Shown: positions 26,800-39,543 of the stretch, one piece after another
How the letters are laid out: the number at the start of each line of letters is the position of its first letter
Position numbering within the stretch: the first letter of the stretch is position 1
Assembly: GCF_021869535.1 (NCBI RefSeq)
Contig: NW_026262648.1
Span: 1,364,001-1,428,000 of the forward strand
Length of the DNA stretch: 64,000 nt
Direction: 5' to 3'
Source of the DNA: Mytilus californianus
Taxonomy: Eukaryota
Notes under the pieces: model-generated
Told to the model about the DNA's origin: nothing
The model's database searches: none
What the model saw: only the letters and a program-made list of their open reading frames with translations
Position numbers and translations under genes: made by a program

Positions 26800-28937
26800 T
26801 TAAATGATGTGGATGTAAGCAATTATTATAGGCAACCATACGGCCTTCAACAATGAGAAAAATCCATATCGTATAGTCGGTTATAAAAAGCCCCGACATT
26901 GTAGACCTTATTTTCCTCACCCCTACCCCTTCTTCCCCTACCTTATACTACTGCTGAATGATACACAAAAGCACAACAAAAGAAAATATATTTCGCTATC
27001 CCTTCGAAATTGGAATGATAAAAAAAAATAACACGTTCTATTTTTATCATACATGTGTAGTTTCAGTTTCAACCATGGTTCTAAATTTAGATTTTACTTT
27101 CCCCAAAAATTGCGGACGGAATAGAAGACACCTATTTATTTTCTTCACCTTGAAAACTGAGATTTGGATGACATATATTTTACTTATTCTGAGATAAATG
27201 TAATAGTGCTCAATTCTTAGTTTCTGAGTGTGTAATGTTTTGTGGACGGAATCTGATGGTTTTTTTTTTTTGCTGTTGGCTTTTTCTTCGCCTTCGGCTT
27301 ATAAATGTTCATTATGTTGTACTAGTTGTCGATTACCCCTTAGTATCTTTTATACTTTTTACATAAATAATAAAATATAAAACATCATAAAATTTTCAAT
27401 TGCATAAAAACGGACATGCCAACGTCTTTCTTGTTCAACACACAAATTCACATGCAATATAATTATTCGTTACCTACAATTTTACGCTACACTGTGAATT
27501 TCATTCAAAACTATGGTTTTTCAAAAAATATTGTGGGGTCAATTCTGGTTTGATTTTAATGAATTTGATACGAATAGAAGCAGAATTGTCACTGGTTTAT
27601 TTGTGTATTTGGTTATAATTTTGTTGTTTATGCGTGTTTACCTTCTGTTGAAAAAAACACGAGTCGTATTGTGTACCTGCTCCTGCGTGTCTAAAACAAA
27701 AACAGTGGTAATAAAGTCAGACTAACTCACAATAGGATACTCAGATTTCTGATTGGAGTCATTCTAATAATTTCTTTGAAGTTTTGAGATAGCACATGAA
27801 TACTTGTTTGGATTCATGATAGACCGCACGAAGTCATTTTTCTTTCATGTGCCCATTTTTCCTTTCTTGGAGTAGGTGAGATAACCCGCGTAACTAACGA
27901 CGCACGTTTTTTATCCTAAATTCCGCTAGAGGCGTGCAATTACGTACACTTCGCCTTAAGTGGATCTTTGTGACTGGGTAGTCTAGGTAGTTGGCTGAAG
28001 ACTTGATATATACGTGAAGATCAGCTCAGCCTTGTCACCTATTATGTTTGAGTTTTGCCCCAGTCATGTACAGAAATGACAAGATGTGCAAAAAGGTGTT
28101 CATATTTGCCAAAGGTTGGTTGTTCACAATGACTATGGTGGCTTTACTTTATCAATAATAATGACTGCCAACAAACAAATCACCGGATAATTCTTAAAGC
28201 AGTGTATTTGGTACATGCTGCTTGTTCTTCACATTATAAAAACAAATTTTGAGTTGTGTTTTGGACATAATCACGATGCAAACATGCACAGTTTGGTTGA
28301 GTGTAATATGCTTGTCCTCCCATCATCTTAACCCCACCCCCACTAAAGTGAAAATACACCAAAACTTACTTATAATTTCTTTAAAAAAGGTATAATTTCC
28401 TAACAAAGAGAATCGACATTATATGGTGCATATTGTATTATTACCGATGCTAACAGCCATTTATGTATTGATTGTTGTTTGCTTAACGTCCTGTGGCAAA
28501 TATGTCATGCATATTCAGGACGAGATGAAATTGAACAATAAATCGTAGAAATAGTTGCTGCAAAATGGGCCAGCAATAAGCCAATTGTGATCAATCGAAG
28601 AATAATCCCTTAAAACCACGCACACTTTCCTGTCAACAGGCCGTGCTGACAAGGGTTCCCTTCTTGAAATTTGAAATATCTTCTTAAGATTTAAAAGACG
28701 TTTTCTCTTTATATCGCATTACACCTGATGTCAACGATTTTTATATTTCTTTTAAATCCCTCTGTCATGAATGTTGTCCCCGGACAGCGTTGCTATTGGT
28801 CTGTTATCAGAACTCATATGATGTCACAAGACGACTTTGCTGTAGCTCTGGTAATACAATCAGAATAAATGATCTGGTTATTGACTACATCGTGTTAAGA
28901 GTTCTTATCTATTATTTTTCACGTTACACAAGGTATC

Positions 28938-31900
28938 ATGGCAATACGTCGGACATCTATAATATTTGGTAAGTTTGTATTTGACATTAAATGATTCAAG
29001 CCATGTTGTATATTGATATCGTGTAACATTAGATACTTGGTTCTGTTAAAGTATTTTGTGAATATGAATAATAATAAACAAAAACCACACAATTCTGTTT
29101 ACTGGTCATCAAATGTAATTACTGTGATCGATTAATGTGAGCTTCACGTCCCTATTACTTGTCTATTCAAGCTCTAAATTGAAACCAGTTTGTAGTTTTT
29201 GTATGATTGTATATCTACGATCGTCTCAACATGCAGGCGTGAAGCTTTGTTTACGTTAAAATGTCCCGGGCGTACACATGAATGTTGGAGAAAAAAATTA
29301 ATCTAAATAAATTAAAAGAATTGGTTTAAAGCATATGAGCCGCTTGTAATTCTTTCTTTGATGTCTTGTAATACTAATTGAAAATCAAAGTGACGAAATT
29401 TACTATTTAATCAATGGGTATAATATAATATTTATATAAAAATAAGGAGATGTGGTATGATTGCCAATGAGACAACTATCCACCAGAGTTCAATAAAGTG
29501 AATGTTCGCAATTATAGGCCACTGTACGGCCTGCACCAATGAGAAAAACCAACACCGTATAGTCGGCTATAAAAGACCCCGAAAAACAAATATGACAGAC
29601 TTGAACCAACGACAACCACTGAACTAAAGGCTCGGAGTTCCTGACTTCGGGACAGCCACACGGGGTTACACATTGTTTGTGAGCTATCATCCCTCTCCTA
29701 ACCTGGGACAGTGGTGTAACAACACAACATAAGAACAAACTATAAAAATCAGTTGCAATTGGCTTAACTCAAAAGATCTGTACGAGGCACAAAAACAACT
29801 AACATAAAAACAACAGACACAAAGCACCAAAATAAGAGTACGTGTTCATTTTCTGTCAAAGTCTTTAAGTTCACGCAAAACCTGGAAAATGTCTCTGCTG
29901 TACTTTTACTGACTTTGTACTTCAAATATATTTTTAAAACTTCCTTAGTATTGACTGTCGATATCCATGCTCTCTGGTTCTAGCATTTAATTTTTATGCT
30001 GTGATTTACTAGTATACAATTCTGGTTACTTTTATTCACAATACACGTATTGTACAAACCTTTACATTTGATCGTTTGATAAATGTACTTATTTTGGCTA
30101 AGATACGATACGTGGTTTGCATTTTTATATTACACATAATAATCTATGAAAATTAATTATTTTGTGTATTCATTAACAAAATTTGCGCATAAAAGGGGAG
30201 AAGATTGTCTGAAGTCGATCGAAATAATTAAAATAGAACAACATTGAAATGAAGACTTGCTTTTTTACTTTTATCTCGAAAGTTTTGGATTTTTTGTCAA
30301 TTGATTGTTTTACCCACATCTCCTTTTAAGCACATTTTAGAGTAACTGGTTTGAACATTTTTTCTTAAACCAATGACAATTAGATTCCAAATTAACACTA
30401 TGAATAAATTAAACATAAAAAATAAACAAATTAGTCTCCATTTTATTTTGCTACTGATGAGTTTTTAATGACAGAAACGGAATGTCTTTTTCGATAACGT
30501 GTGCATGATCATTTGTCGAGATTCGGGCGTACACTTAAAATGGCCTAGCTACGCCACTGACATGACTAGCCTTTTTTTATATGGGAAAGAACTTTGAATT
30601 AATTTCTCACATACCATATGAATGAGCAAGCTCATTTAGTAACAATCCGCAAGACTGGTCATCGTCTACCCGAGTCTTTCCTTTCATTGACTCACAGAAG
30701 CAACGTGATGAGCGTGAAAGTCCCGTATATATCAATATTAAAGTCCTTGATTGATGATGAATTACAAAAATAAAAATAGATTATCTGGTCAGGGTATAGT
30801 AATATATATACAATCCTCTGGACTCACCACTGAAGAGGATTTTCAGGCGCGGATCTAGGATTTGTTGTTAGCTTAGGGGGGGGGGGGGGGGGGGGGGGGG
30901 GGTTTAAGGAATTTAAGGACCTTATATGGACGCAAAATTTGATGTTAATTACTAGTAACCGTTATAATATGTTTTTTGTTCTTTATTTTTTGGGGGGAAA
31001 GGGGGGGAGGGGGTCGGATGAACCCCGCCTGAATCCGCATCTGTTTTTTTTTTATGTTGCGAAATGCACATACGTACAATGCATAACCGACACAAATTGT
31101 ATTCTTTGGTAAAAGAAACATGACACGAGTTTCAGGAATAAAATTTAATGTGACAGATTGTGCCTCGAAACGAACATTTTGGAAATTCAAAAATCTAAAA
31201 CGTTTTGGAGCAAGGCATAAAATCGTCAAAATTGTTTTTGCCTCGCTAAACTTTGCTCACTTTATTTAACCATTCAGGACATTTACGTCCCCTTTTCCTC
31301 GAACCCTCGATACCCAAGGAAACCCATACAAATGGGATACGCTATACTGACATTTTTAATTGTAATTTCTTTGCAGTTTTGGTACTGACGGGTGTTGTTA
31401 CTTGTGTAGAGGATACTGAACTGTCGACTCTGATCACATCACTATGGAACTCCGATTCTAACGCTGCAACATCACGCGACCTTCATTACTCCTATCAGCA
31501 GCACACCGATACCAGTAGCTCAACCGATAATGCTCCAAAGAGGTTTATTTTTATTTACGCTGCATTTGAAAATACCATTTAGATTTCATTATCTTGTAAG
31601 GGGTTAATGTTAAAAGACTGCACTCTATATCCAGTGGTTCCTCTAACAAGTTTTGAACAAGTTTCTATTCTCTGTAATTTATATATATGACCAGTTGATC
31701 TGTTTAAATTGATTATTTCCGTGAAACAAAATTACGATTACAAATTATTTTACTTGGATATATTCGATCTGGAGAACAAGCGGCCACGAGGATGTGCTCT
31801 TTTTTTTTATTTGTTTACTTATTTTGTGAGTGAGTGTTTGTGTATAATGCATATGGAAACGAGACTGAAACATATAGGCTTAGCGTATAAATCGTTTATA

Positions 31901-34900
31901 CCTTTGGAAGAAAAACATTATGACATGCCTATAAATACATGTAGTAGGTAGTATAGCATTTGTTTTGAAAAAATTTAGTAATGCAACCAAGTGTATTATT
32001 TTCATCAACTTTTAAATCACAATTCACTGGATTACTGGCAATTCTTGTACTGATTAAAATGTTGTGTTTCATTTTCCAGCAAAAATGTTTTAATACATTC
32101 AATTACTTCTTGAATTATTCGAAGTACTTGAATTTTTTACTTTTGTTATTTTATCCTTAGGTTATTTTCATATGTAAACGAAAACTACCTTTTCCATAAA
32201 CCAACATATCGAACGTTTCTCGATCTACTGGATAATTACAAGAATTCGGTTGGAACAGCTGAACACGTGACCAACACAGAAGTAGCAGAAGAACTGAGAT
32301 TTGTAAACGAAATTTGTAAAACATCAATAATGCAGAAAACACAACAGTTTTTACACAAAAAAGGTTAATATGTTTATGTTTGTAACAAAATAGACACAAA
32401 TCTTGATTGAATATCGCCCATCCATGAAATGTTATGACTTGCAAATAATTCCATGTTTGTGTTTGGTATACCAGAGGGGCATTTTGAAAGTCTTAGCTCC
32501 GGTCTTTTTTGAAAGGGTGTATTGAAAGTCTTAGGTCAGCGGTGTGTGTTGAAAGTCTTAGGTCTTGGGTGTTTTGAAAGTCTTAGGTCGTTGGTGTTTT
32601 GAAAGTCTCAGATCAGTATCCAAGTGACGAACCGTGAACATAAAAGAAAAATGTGCTATTATTTCTAGAAATAAAGATATCATTCTTGAGACCAATTTTA
32701 ATGTATTAAGTAGGTATGGTTTTCTATATTACAAAATCAGGTTCATTAAAAAAAAAATACAAATACATTTTGAAATAAAGGTGTTTTCTATTGTCTAATA
32801 TTTTATTTGATTTTGGTGTTTCTGTTTATTTTAACTGTTCGTTGATTTTTCAACTTTTTTGCACATAGCATATCTGACGAAGAACCAGAAAAGACCGAAC
32901 ATGACAAACTTTTTACTTCCTCCTAAGTCTGTCTTTCTGTCTGTCGCATTTTGTGTTTCAATTTCCTGATATTGTGATTACTGGCTCGAGCTAAAAGACT
33001 GATATCCAAAAATGTTTTGCTGAACTTGATTCTTGTTTATACAATACATTGAGTTCAAAATACTTTTGTACTGGCAGCTACAGATGAAAAGGTATCGGAT
33101 GACTATTTAGATAGACTCTAGAGATTAAACAAATTAGAGAAAATAGTTAGTTTTTGTTTTAAATAATAAGACGATATAAAAATAAAAAGATGTGTTATGA
33201 CTGCCAATGAGTGAACTCTCCACCAGAAACCAAATGACGTTAAAGTTAACAACTATAGGTCACCGAACGGCCTTCAACAATGAGTAAAACCCATACCGCA
33301 TAGAAAGCTACATAAGGCCCCGATAAGACAAATGTCAAAGAATTCAAACGAGAAAACTAAAGGCCTGATTTATGTACAATAAACGAAAAAAATATGATAT
33401 AAAGCAAAATAAAGACAACCACTGAATTACAGGCTCTTGACTTGGGACAGGAACATACAAAATGTGGCAGGGTTTAACATGTTTGCTGGCGTCAAACCAT
33501 CCCCTTACCTAGGACAGTTGTGTAACAGTGCAACATAAGAACAAACTATAAAAATTTGCTGAAAAAGGACTTAAGTCATTTGATCGATACAAAGCACAAA
33601 AGAAAGACGATATTTTTTTTTTGGTGGTTTTTGCACATTTTCAAGAGTAAAAATGTTTTGATTTCAATAGTTGTTGGAACATGACCATTAAATATTTGAA
33701 TTAATAAAATTATTAGATTTAATTCATATTATATGCAGGATGTATGTTTAAATTCTAGTGGTAAACGTTTTGCCATTGCGTTCAGTTTTGACCTTTGACT
33801 TAAACTTGATTAATCAGCTGTTAAAGAGCCTAAATCAGGTTACATGTATTTTAAGCCTATAGCTGGTATCGAAAAAATGAAAGTTAACCGAACTTATGTA
33901 TTTCTCGTAAGAATCCTGTTTGTCGACATAATTCAAAAAAAAAATATTTTAGGGTATGTTAGTTCATCAATGTCAGATTTTGAGCATATACTCAAATCTG
34001 TATGGTTTACAACTTATCCAAGGAGCGGGTCATCCAGGACTCTGGACAGCAGTGGATTTGAACATATCTTTGTAGGAGAGGTGAAAGGATCCAGCGTGGA
34101 TGGTTTTCACAACTGGATTCAGTTTTATTTAGAAGAGAAAAAGGGCCATGCCAATTATTTAGGATATGTCTTCAGACACCAGGTATTCTAATTTTGGATT
34201 TACAAGCAATTGTAAAGTTGCTTTTTGTTAACTTCTATTTTGGTTGTCTCGTCTCGACCTTGTCAAATACAATTGGTTTTCAAGCTATGTCAGTTGATTA
34301 AAACTGAAACATATAATAATATATTATTCCATAGCATTTTGTGATTCTCAATTTTTTTGTCTTTACATCAGTCTCAAGCAAAATCAAATAAGCTTGTTTT
34401 TTTACCCCATATTTTTCGAAGTTAAAAGGAAGGTGACAATAATGCTACAGGGTTCATATATATACTATAGTATACTACAGGGTTCATATATACTATAGTA
34501 TACTACAGGGTTCATATATACTATAGTATACTACAGGGTTCATATATATACTATAGTATACTACAGGGTTCATATATACTATAGTATACTACAGGGTTCA
34601 TATATACTATAGTATACTACAGGGTTCATATATATACTATAGTATACTACAGGGTTCATATATATACTATAGTATACTACAGGGTTCATATATACTATAG
34701 TATACTACAGGGTTCATATATACTATAGTATACTACAGGGTTCATATATATACTATAGTATACTACAGGGTTCATATATATACTATAGTATACTACAGGG
34801 TTCATATATATACTATAGTATACTACAGGGTTCATATATACTATAGTATACTACAGGGTTCATATATACTATAGTATACTACAGGGTTCATATATACTAT

Positions 34901-36780
34901 AGTATACTACAGGGTTCATATATACTATAGTATACTACAGGGTTCATATATATACTATAGTATACTACAGGGTTCATATATATACTATAGTATACTACAG
35001 GGTTCATATATACTATAGTATACTACAGGGTTCATATATACTATAGTATACTACAGGGTTCATATATACTATAGTATACTACAGGGTTCATATATATACT
35101 ATAGTATACTACAGGGTTCATATATACTATAGTATACTACAGGGTTCATATATACTATAGTATACTACAGGGTTCATATATACTATAGTATACTACAGGG
35201 TTCATATATACTATAGTATACTACAGGGTATCATATATACTATAGTATACTACAGGGTATCATATATACTATAGTATACTACAGGGTTCATATATACTAT
35301 AGTATACTACAGGGTTCATATATACTATAGTATACTACAGGGTTCATATATATACTATAGTATATCCTTTAATTCAAAGGTATAAAATGAAGTTCTCTAA
35401 ACTTAATATACTGTAAATAAAAAAAAAATCTTCGACAAAAGACAATATAAGAATATGTAATGTCTTTCCTGAATTAGGTTGTTGTAGCAGTATGTTACTG
35501 ACAACAAAAAAATCAAATTTGCACGCTTATTATATCGGTGTTCATCATGTCGCATACAAATTGTGTCGCACTAATAATATACAAATATACAAATATACGA
35601 ACATAATATACGAGAGAAAATTAAAAGTAAGACGAAGAGTGTATAGAGAACAAGAAAAAAAAACGTAGATAAAACATGCATTTACTTGACCTGCGAAAAA
35701 TGAAATGAAACGTACGCAAACCACGTGTGGTATTTTGTATTTACTGAGAGAATGGTGTAAGGTGTTCCTCTTGTGCATTTGTTAAAACATTACATATGAG
35801 AAACACCATTTGATGATGGACCAGAGCTTTGATTGTGATTCGTCATCTTGAAAATAGCCAAAGTCAATTTAATTCTTAAAGACCAGTTCTAATATCGGCA
35901 TTCTAAAACGGGGACTACACCAAAGCTTCATATATGCCTATTAAATAATTTGTTTTTTATAAACCTACTTGTTGTTGTAGAATCGTATGACAATATTGGA
36001 CTTTGAAAATGTTGTTCCTGAAATACCTTACTACAAAAAAAGACTGAAGATATAAAAGGGACCGCAAATCAAATCATATCCGTACTTAATTAACATGTAA
36101 CATGTGTAAATCGTCCCAGTTTTTTGGAACAAAATGCGAATGTCATCTATTTAACCTATCATGAAATGGACTCCATGCAGACATATTCTATATATAAATC
36201 AAATGGTTGATACTTACTTTCATATTATACATAAAAGCCATAACCCAAGTTATTAGTTTTTTCTCTGTATAAGTAAAAAAAAATAAAAACGCATTATACA
36301 TTTGTCATATAACAGTCATACGTATTTAAAATTGGGTTACGTCGTCTCTTAAAGAGTTCTATTGCATAATATACATTATATGTACTTATATATTTATACA
36401 TGTTCACCTTTTCTTAGAAATGAATTAATTTCGTAGAAATAATTGAAAGTAACTTTTATAAAATGTTATAGAAAGTACTATATATGTATGTAGGTACATC
36501 ATTAAAAAACCACAGCAAGTTTCTTTCTCAACATTAATTCCTATTTCCATTTCAGCCTGGAATACTCGGAGTCCATTTTAAATGGTACAACAGTTATAAA
36601 AAGTTAAGTTCCTTAATACTTGGGTCCAGTCCAGAGTTTGAAATGGCGTGCTATACACTATGCTACTACTTACATAGGAACAGGGACTGTCAATTCAATA
36701 TAAATGGCCATACCATTCGTGTGAAGACCTACGAAGTCGACAACATGCCAGGGGACCAAATCGCAACAGCCTATCTTTAA
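28938..36780 (+). CDS. ENDOU: Poly(U)-specific endoribonuclease (EndoU/XendoU family) with predicted signal peptide, 5 exons, 284 aa
   Basis: join(28938-28968,31377-31542,32161-32363,33953-34182,36556-36780). Junctions are GT-AG with phases 1,2,1,0, total 855 nt. Motifs: LFSYVNE..PTY..FLDLLDNY, SSGFEHIFVGE (His), GFHNWIQFYLEEK (His), YKKLSSLILGSSPEFE (Lys). The N-terminus MAIRRTSIIFVLVLTGVVTC is signal-peptide-like. Exon 1 is the least certain. Confidence 0.9.
29440..29760 (+). repeat. GATGTGGTATGA-family interspersed repeat in EndoU intron 1
   Basis: Similar copy at ~33180-33570 (intron 3), with partial copies at ~37530-37760 and ~43930-44100. Confidence 0.65.
30844..31043. mobile_element. 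Short MITE-like element containing a G27 run
   Basis: Ends are CAGGCGCGGATCTAGG / CCTGAATCCGCATCTG (imperfect TIR), with poly-G at 30876-30902. Similar short elements lie near 12755-12903 and 45941-46090. Confidence 0.45.
32482..32616 (+). repeat. Short tandem repeat of TTGAAAGTCTTAGGTC motif (4-5 copies)
   Basis: Visible direct copies in EndoU intron 3. Confidence 0.7.
34445..35364 (+). repeat. 28/30-bp minisatellite (TACTACAGGGTTCATATA[TA]TACTATAGTA), ~32 copies
   Basis: Near-perfect tandem array in EndoU intron 4. Length variants differ by one TA, and each unit contains the palindrome TATACTATAGTATA. Confidence 0.95.
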
Positions 36781-38433
36781 TAAATGATATGATTATGATG
36801 TTGTTCATTTTTTTCTTGTATTATTCATGGTACGCTTTCGTTAAATCAACGAAATATCACAAATATCTATACAGATATAATAATGCGTGCAGGCACATGA
36901 GACTCCCATATCAATCATAGAAAAACAATCTATTTCGTTAATTGTATTTTATCTAAACTTAAAGCTTTCAAAAGTTAATTAAAAAAACAACAATGTAAGA
37001 TGAGACAGAAACCCATCAATAATGGTTTATCAAAAAGAGACTTTAGAAAATCATGCAGCATACTGTTTAACGATGGAGGACAAACTTCATGTAGCAAATC
37101 AAGCGTTTAAATATAAAAATTGTTTTCGGCAGGAAATTTGAGAACACTGATTTTGAAGGATTTTTCAGGATAAGACTAAATTAAACAATATTTAAGTTAA
37201 GTAGGTTTTGCAAAGTGTGGAGAAGGCAGAAAATTGCAACTGAAAAAAACCCAGGTGCATTGGGAAAGGATTGAAATATTGCCCTACAATAGGTATACAC
37301 GGACTTATTTAGAAAGTTATTTTAATAATAACATACACTATTTGGATAGCCTCTGAAATGTTATGACCTGTAAAAATGAGATTGTCATTGCTACAAGCTA
37401 AGTCTCACATACAACCGCCTTATAGATGTATTTTCTCATGTGCAGTCAGCTTGACTTTCCACCATGAGTGTCAGGATGTAAGGTCAATTTTCCCTGAATT
37501 TATTTCACAACAGTATAAAAATAATATGATGTGATATTATTGCCAATGAGACAACTCTCCACCAGAGACCATATGACTTAAAGTAAAAAACTATATGTCA
37601 CCGTACGGCCTTCAACAAGGAGCAAAACCCATACCGCACAAAAGCTATAAAGGACCCGAAATGACCAATGTAAAACAATTCAAACGACGAAACTAACGGC
37701 CTGATTTAAGTACAAAATAATAAAAATAAAACAATTATAATAAACAGGAACAAACGTCAACAACTGAAATATTTAAAAAAAAAAACAAACAAAAAACGCG
37801 CCTTTCAATTTTCATTTTCCGACAATAATACAGCACCTTAGTGTTTCTTTGAGATTCATTCTAACAATTATATTATGACTTATTTTTTAATAATTTTGTT
37901 AAGAGACGTCCTTTGATGATAAATTTTTCAAAAAATATGTAAAATTTTCAATTTTGTGTCAAAATGTCTTTATGTTCTCATTCGTTCCTCAACCGAACAT
38001 AAAGTAACCACAACACTTAGGCTAGTACATAAAACAAAAACACCATATCATTATGGGACCAGCTCGCCAGTTGTGCAGCTAAATTTATTAGATTTATTAA
38101 ACATACATAGAAAGAGTCCGTCACATATGACATCTGCACTGACCGCTGCCATGTTGAAATATCTACAAAGACAAAATAGAAATAGTCAGTATACAAATAA
38201 ATGAAAAATATATACATTCTCCATATAAATAGCTATGGGTGGGAGGGTTGGTTAGCTGCACTGAAAACTGAGCTTCGAATGATTATATACTGTAGTTTTA
38301 AAAAACAAAGAAAACTATTCCGGTTTTTGAAATTCGTGCAACATAAGTTGCAACTTTAAACTCAAAATTTTACATAAGTTAAAGGTCCAATTCGGACCAA
38401 TGGTCAATGTTTATTAAAATAAATAAACAAATA

Positions 38434-38472
38434 CACGTGAATGTACACGTGGATAAGCAATATAGCCACGTG
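38434..38472. promoter_or_regulatory. Triple CACGTG E-box cluster upstream of the forkhead gene
   Basis: CACGTG at 38434, 38446 and 38467, with a fourth at 39336. Function is inferred only. Confidence 0.35.
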
Positions 38473-39543
38473 TATTAGATAACAGGATTAAATACATTTA
38501 TAAGCACTAAATAACAGTTTGATCTTATAGAAATGTGTAGAATTGTTTTAGCACTTTAATATTATAATTCCATTAGAATTTGACAACATTATTATTTGAA
38601 TGAAAATTATAAAAAAATAATCAATGAAAATATGAAGCCGAAATAATGTTTAAGAATTTTAAGAATTACAATGTCACTAAAACTGCATTTGAACATTTTT
38701 TTTGATATTTGCGTGTACTCTGTTATTTAGTAGTGTTTGATTTTTTGTAATTTGTTTTGCAATATCGGTGTAATCATAACAAGATAATAGTAATACAGTT
38801 AATAATAATAATATCTTAATATGTGCATTTAAAAAGCGAATATCCAAATGCATTCAGAACAGTCAAATAAGTAAGAATATAAATAAATTTAAAACGACAG
38901 TAAACTGCATACTAAACTTTGATGTGTGACAGGCTACTGGATTTTTACAATTCTTTTTTTCCTAGAAATACAAATTATTAATTTTATTATCATATTTTGT
39001 TTTACCCCCCTTTATTATAATAGTTTTGAATAAAAAACATAAGATAAGTTGGTGGTGTGCAACCAAATTTAGAAAAAAACAACAAAAATAACTTTAAAAT
39101 TAAATTTTTGTTTTCTTATTAAATTTCTCAATGTTCTCAAGATGTCACTCAACACTAGAATTCAATTCAAAATCTTATCTTAATTTTTTACCTGGATTTA
39201 AAACTAATTAACGTATTAACATAATCACAGCAATCAAACAAAAGGTAAACAAATCAATCAAACAATCAGAAAACAACAACAAGCTAAGTATGGTACTGAG
39301 AAATTTGAACACTTTTTAATCACGAAAAAGACACCCACGTGACGAAAATGACACATGTATATTTCTCGTGCAAGTTTTGAAATGAGTTCAAAGTGCCATT
39401 GAAAGCTCATATTTGACAACAAAAAAGTGTCACAGAAGAGTTAAAGTTTAGTGATAAGATATTCCATCTTCACTTTATATCATACAAGCCGAGAGTTTTG
39501 ACGTCGAGTTAATTCTTTGAACACACAAGCTGAAAGCAAAGCC

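Larger units (their letters stand above)
23877..27955. mobile_element. Kolobok-type non-autonomous DNA transposon (~4.1 kb including nested insertions)
   Basis: Perfect 18-bp TIR GGCGAAGTGTACGTAATT / AATTACGTACACTTCGCC. TTAA lies at 23873-23876 and 27956-27959. No transposase ORF seen inside. Confidence 0.75.

Noticed and set aside
30876-30902. G27 run as a functional G-quadruplex element
   Set aside because: It sits inside a short MITE-like repeat, homopolymer length is error-prone, and there is no further support.
34445-35364. CRISPR-like look of the 28-30-bp repeats
   Set aside because: Units are contiguous with no unique spacers, there are no cas genes, and the array lies in a eukaryotic intron.
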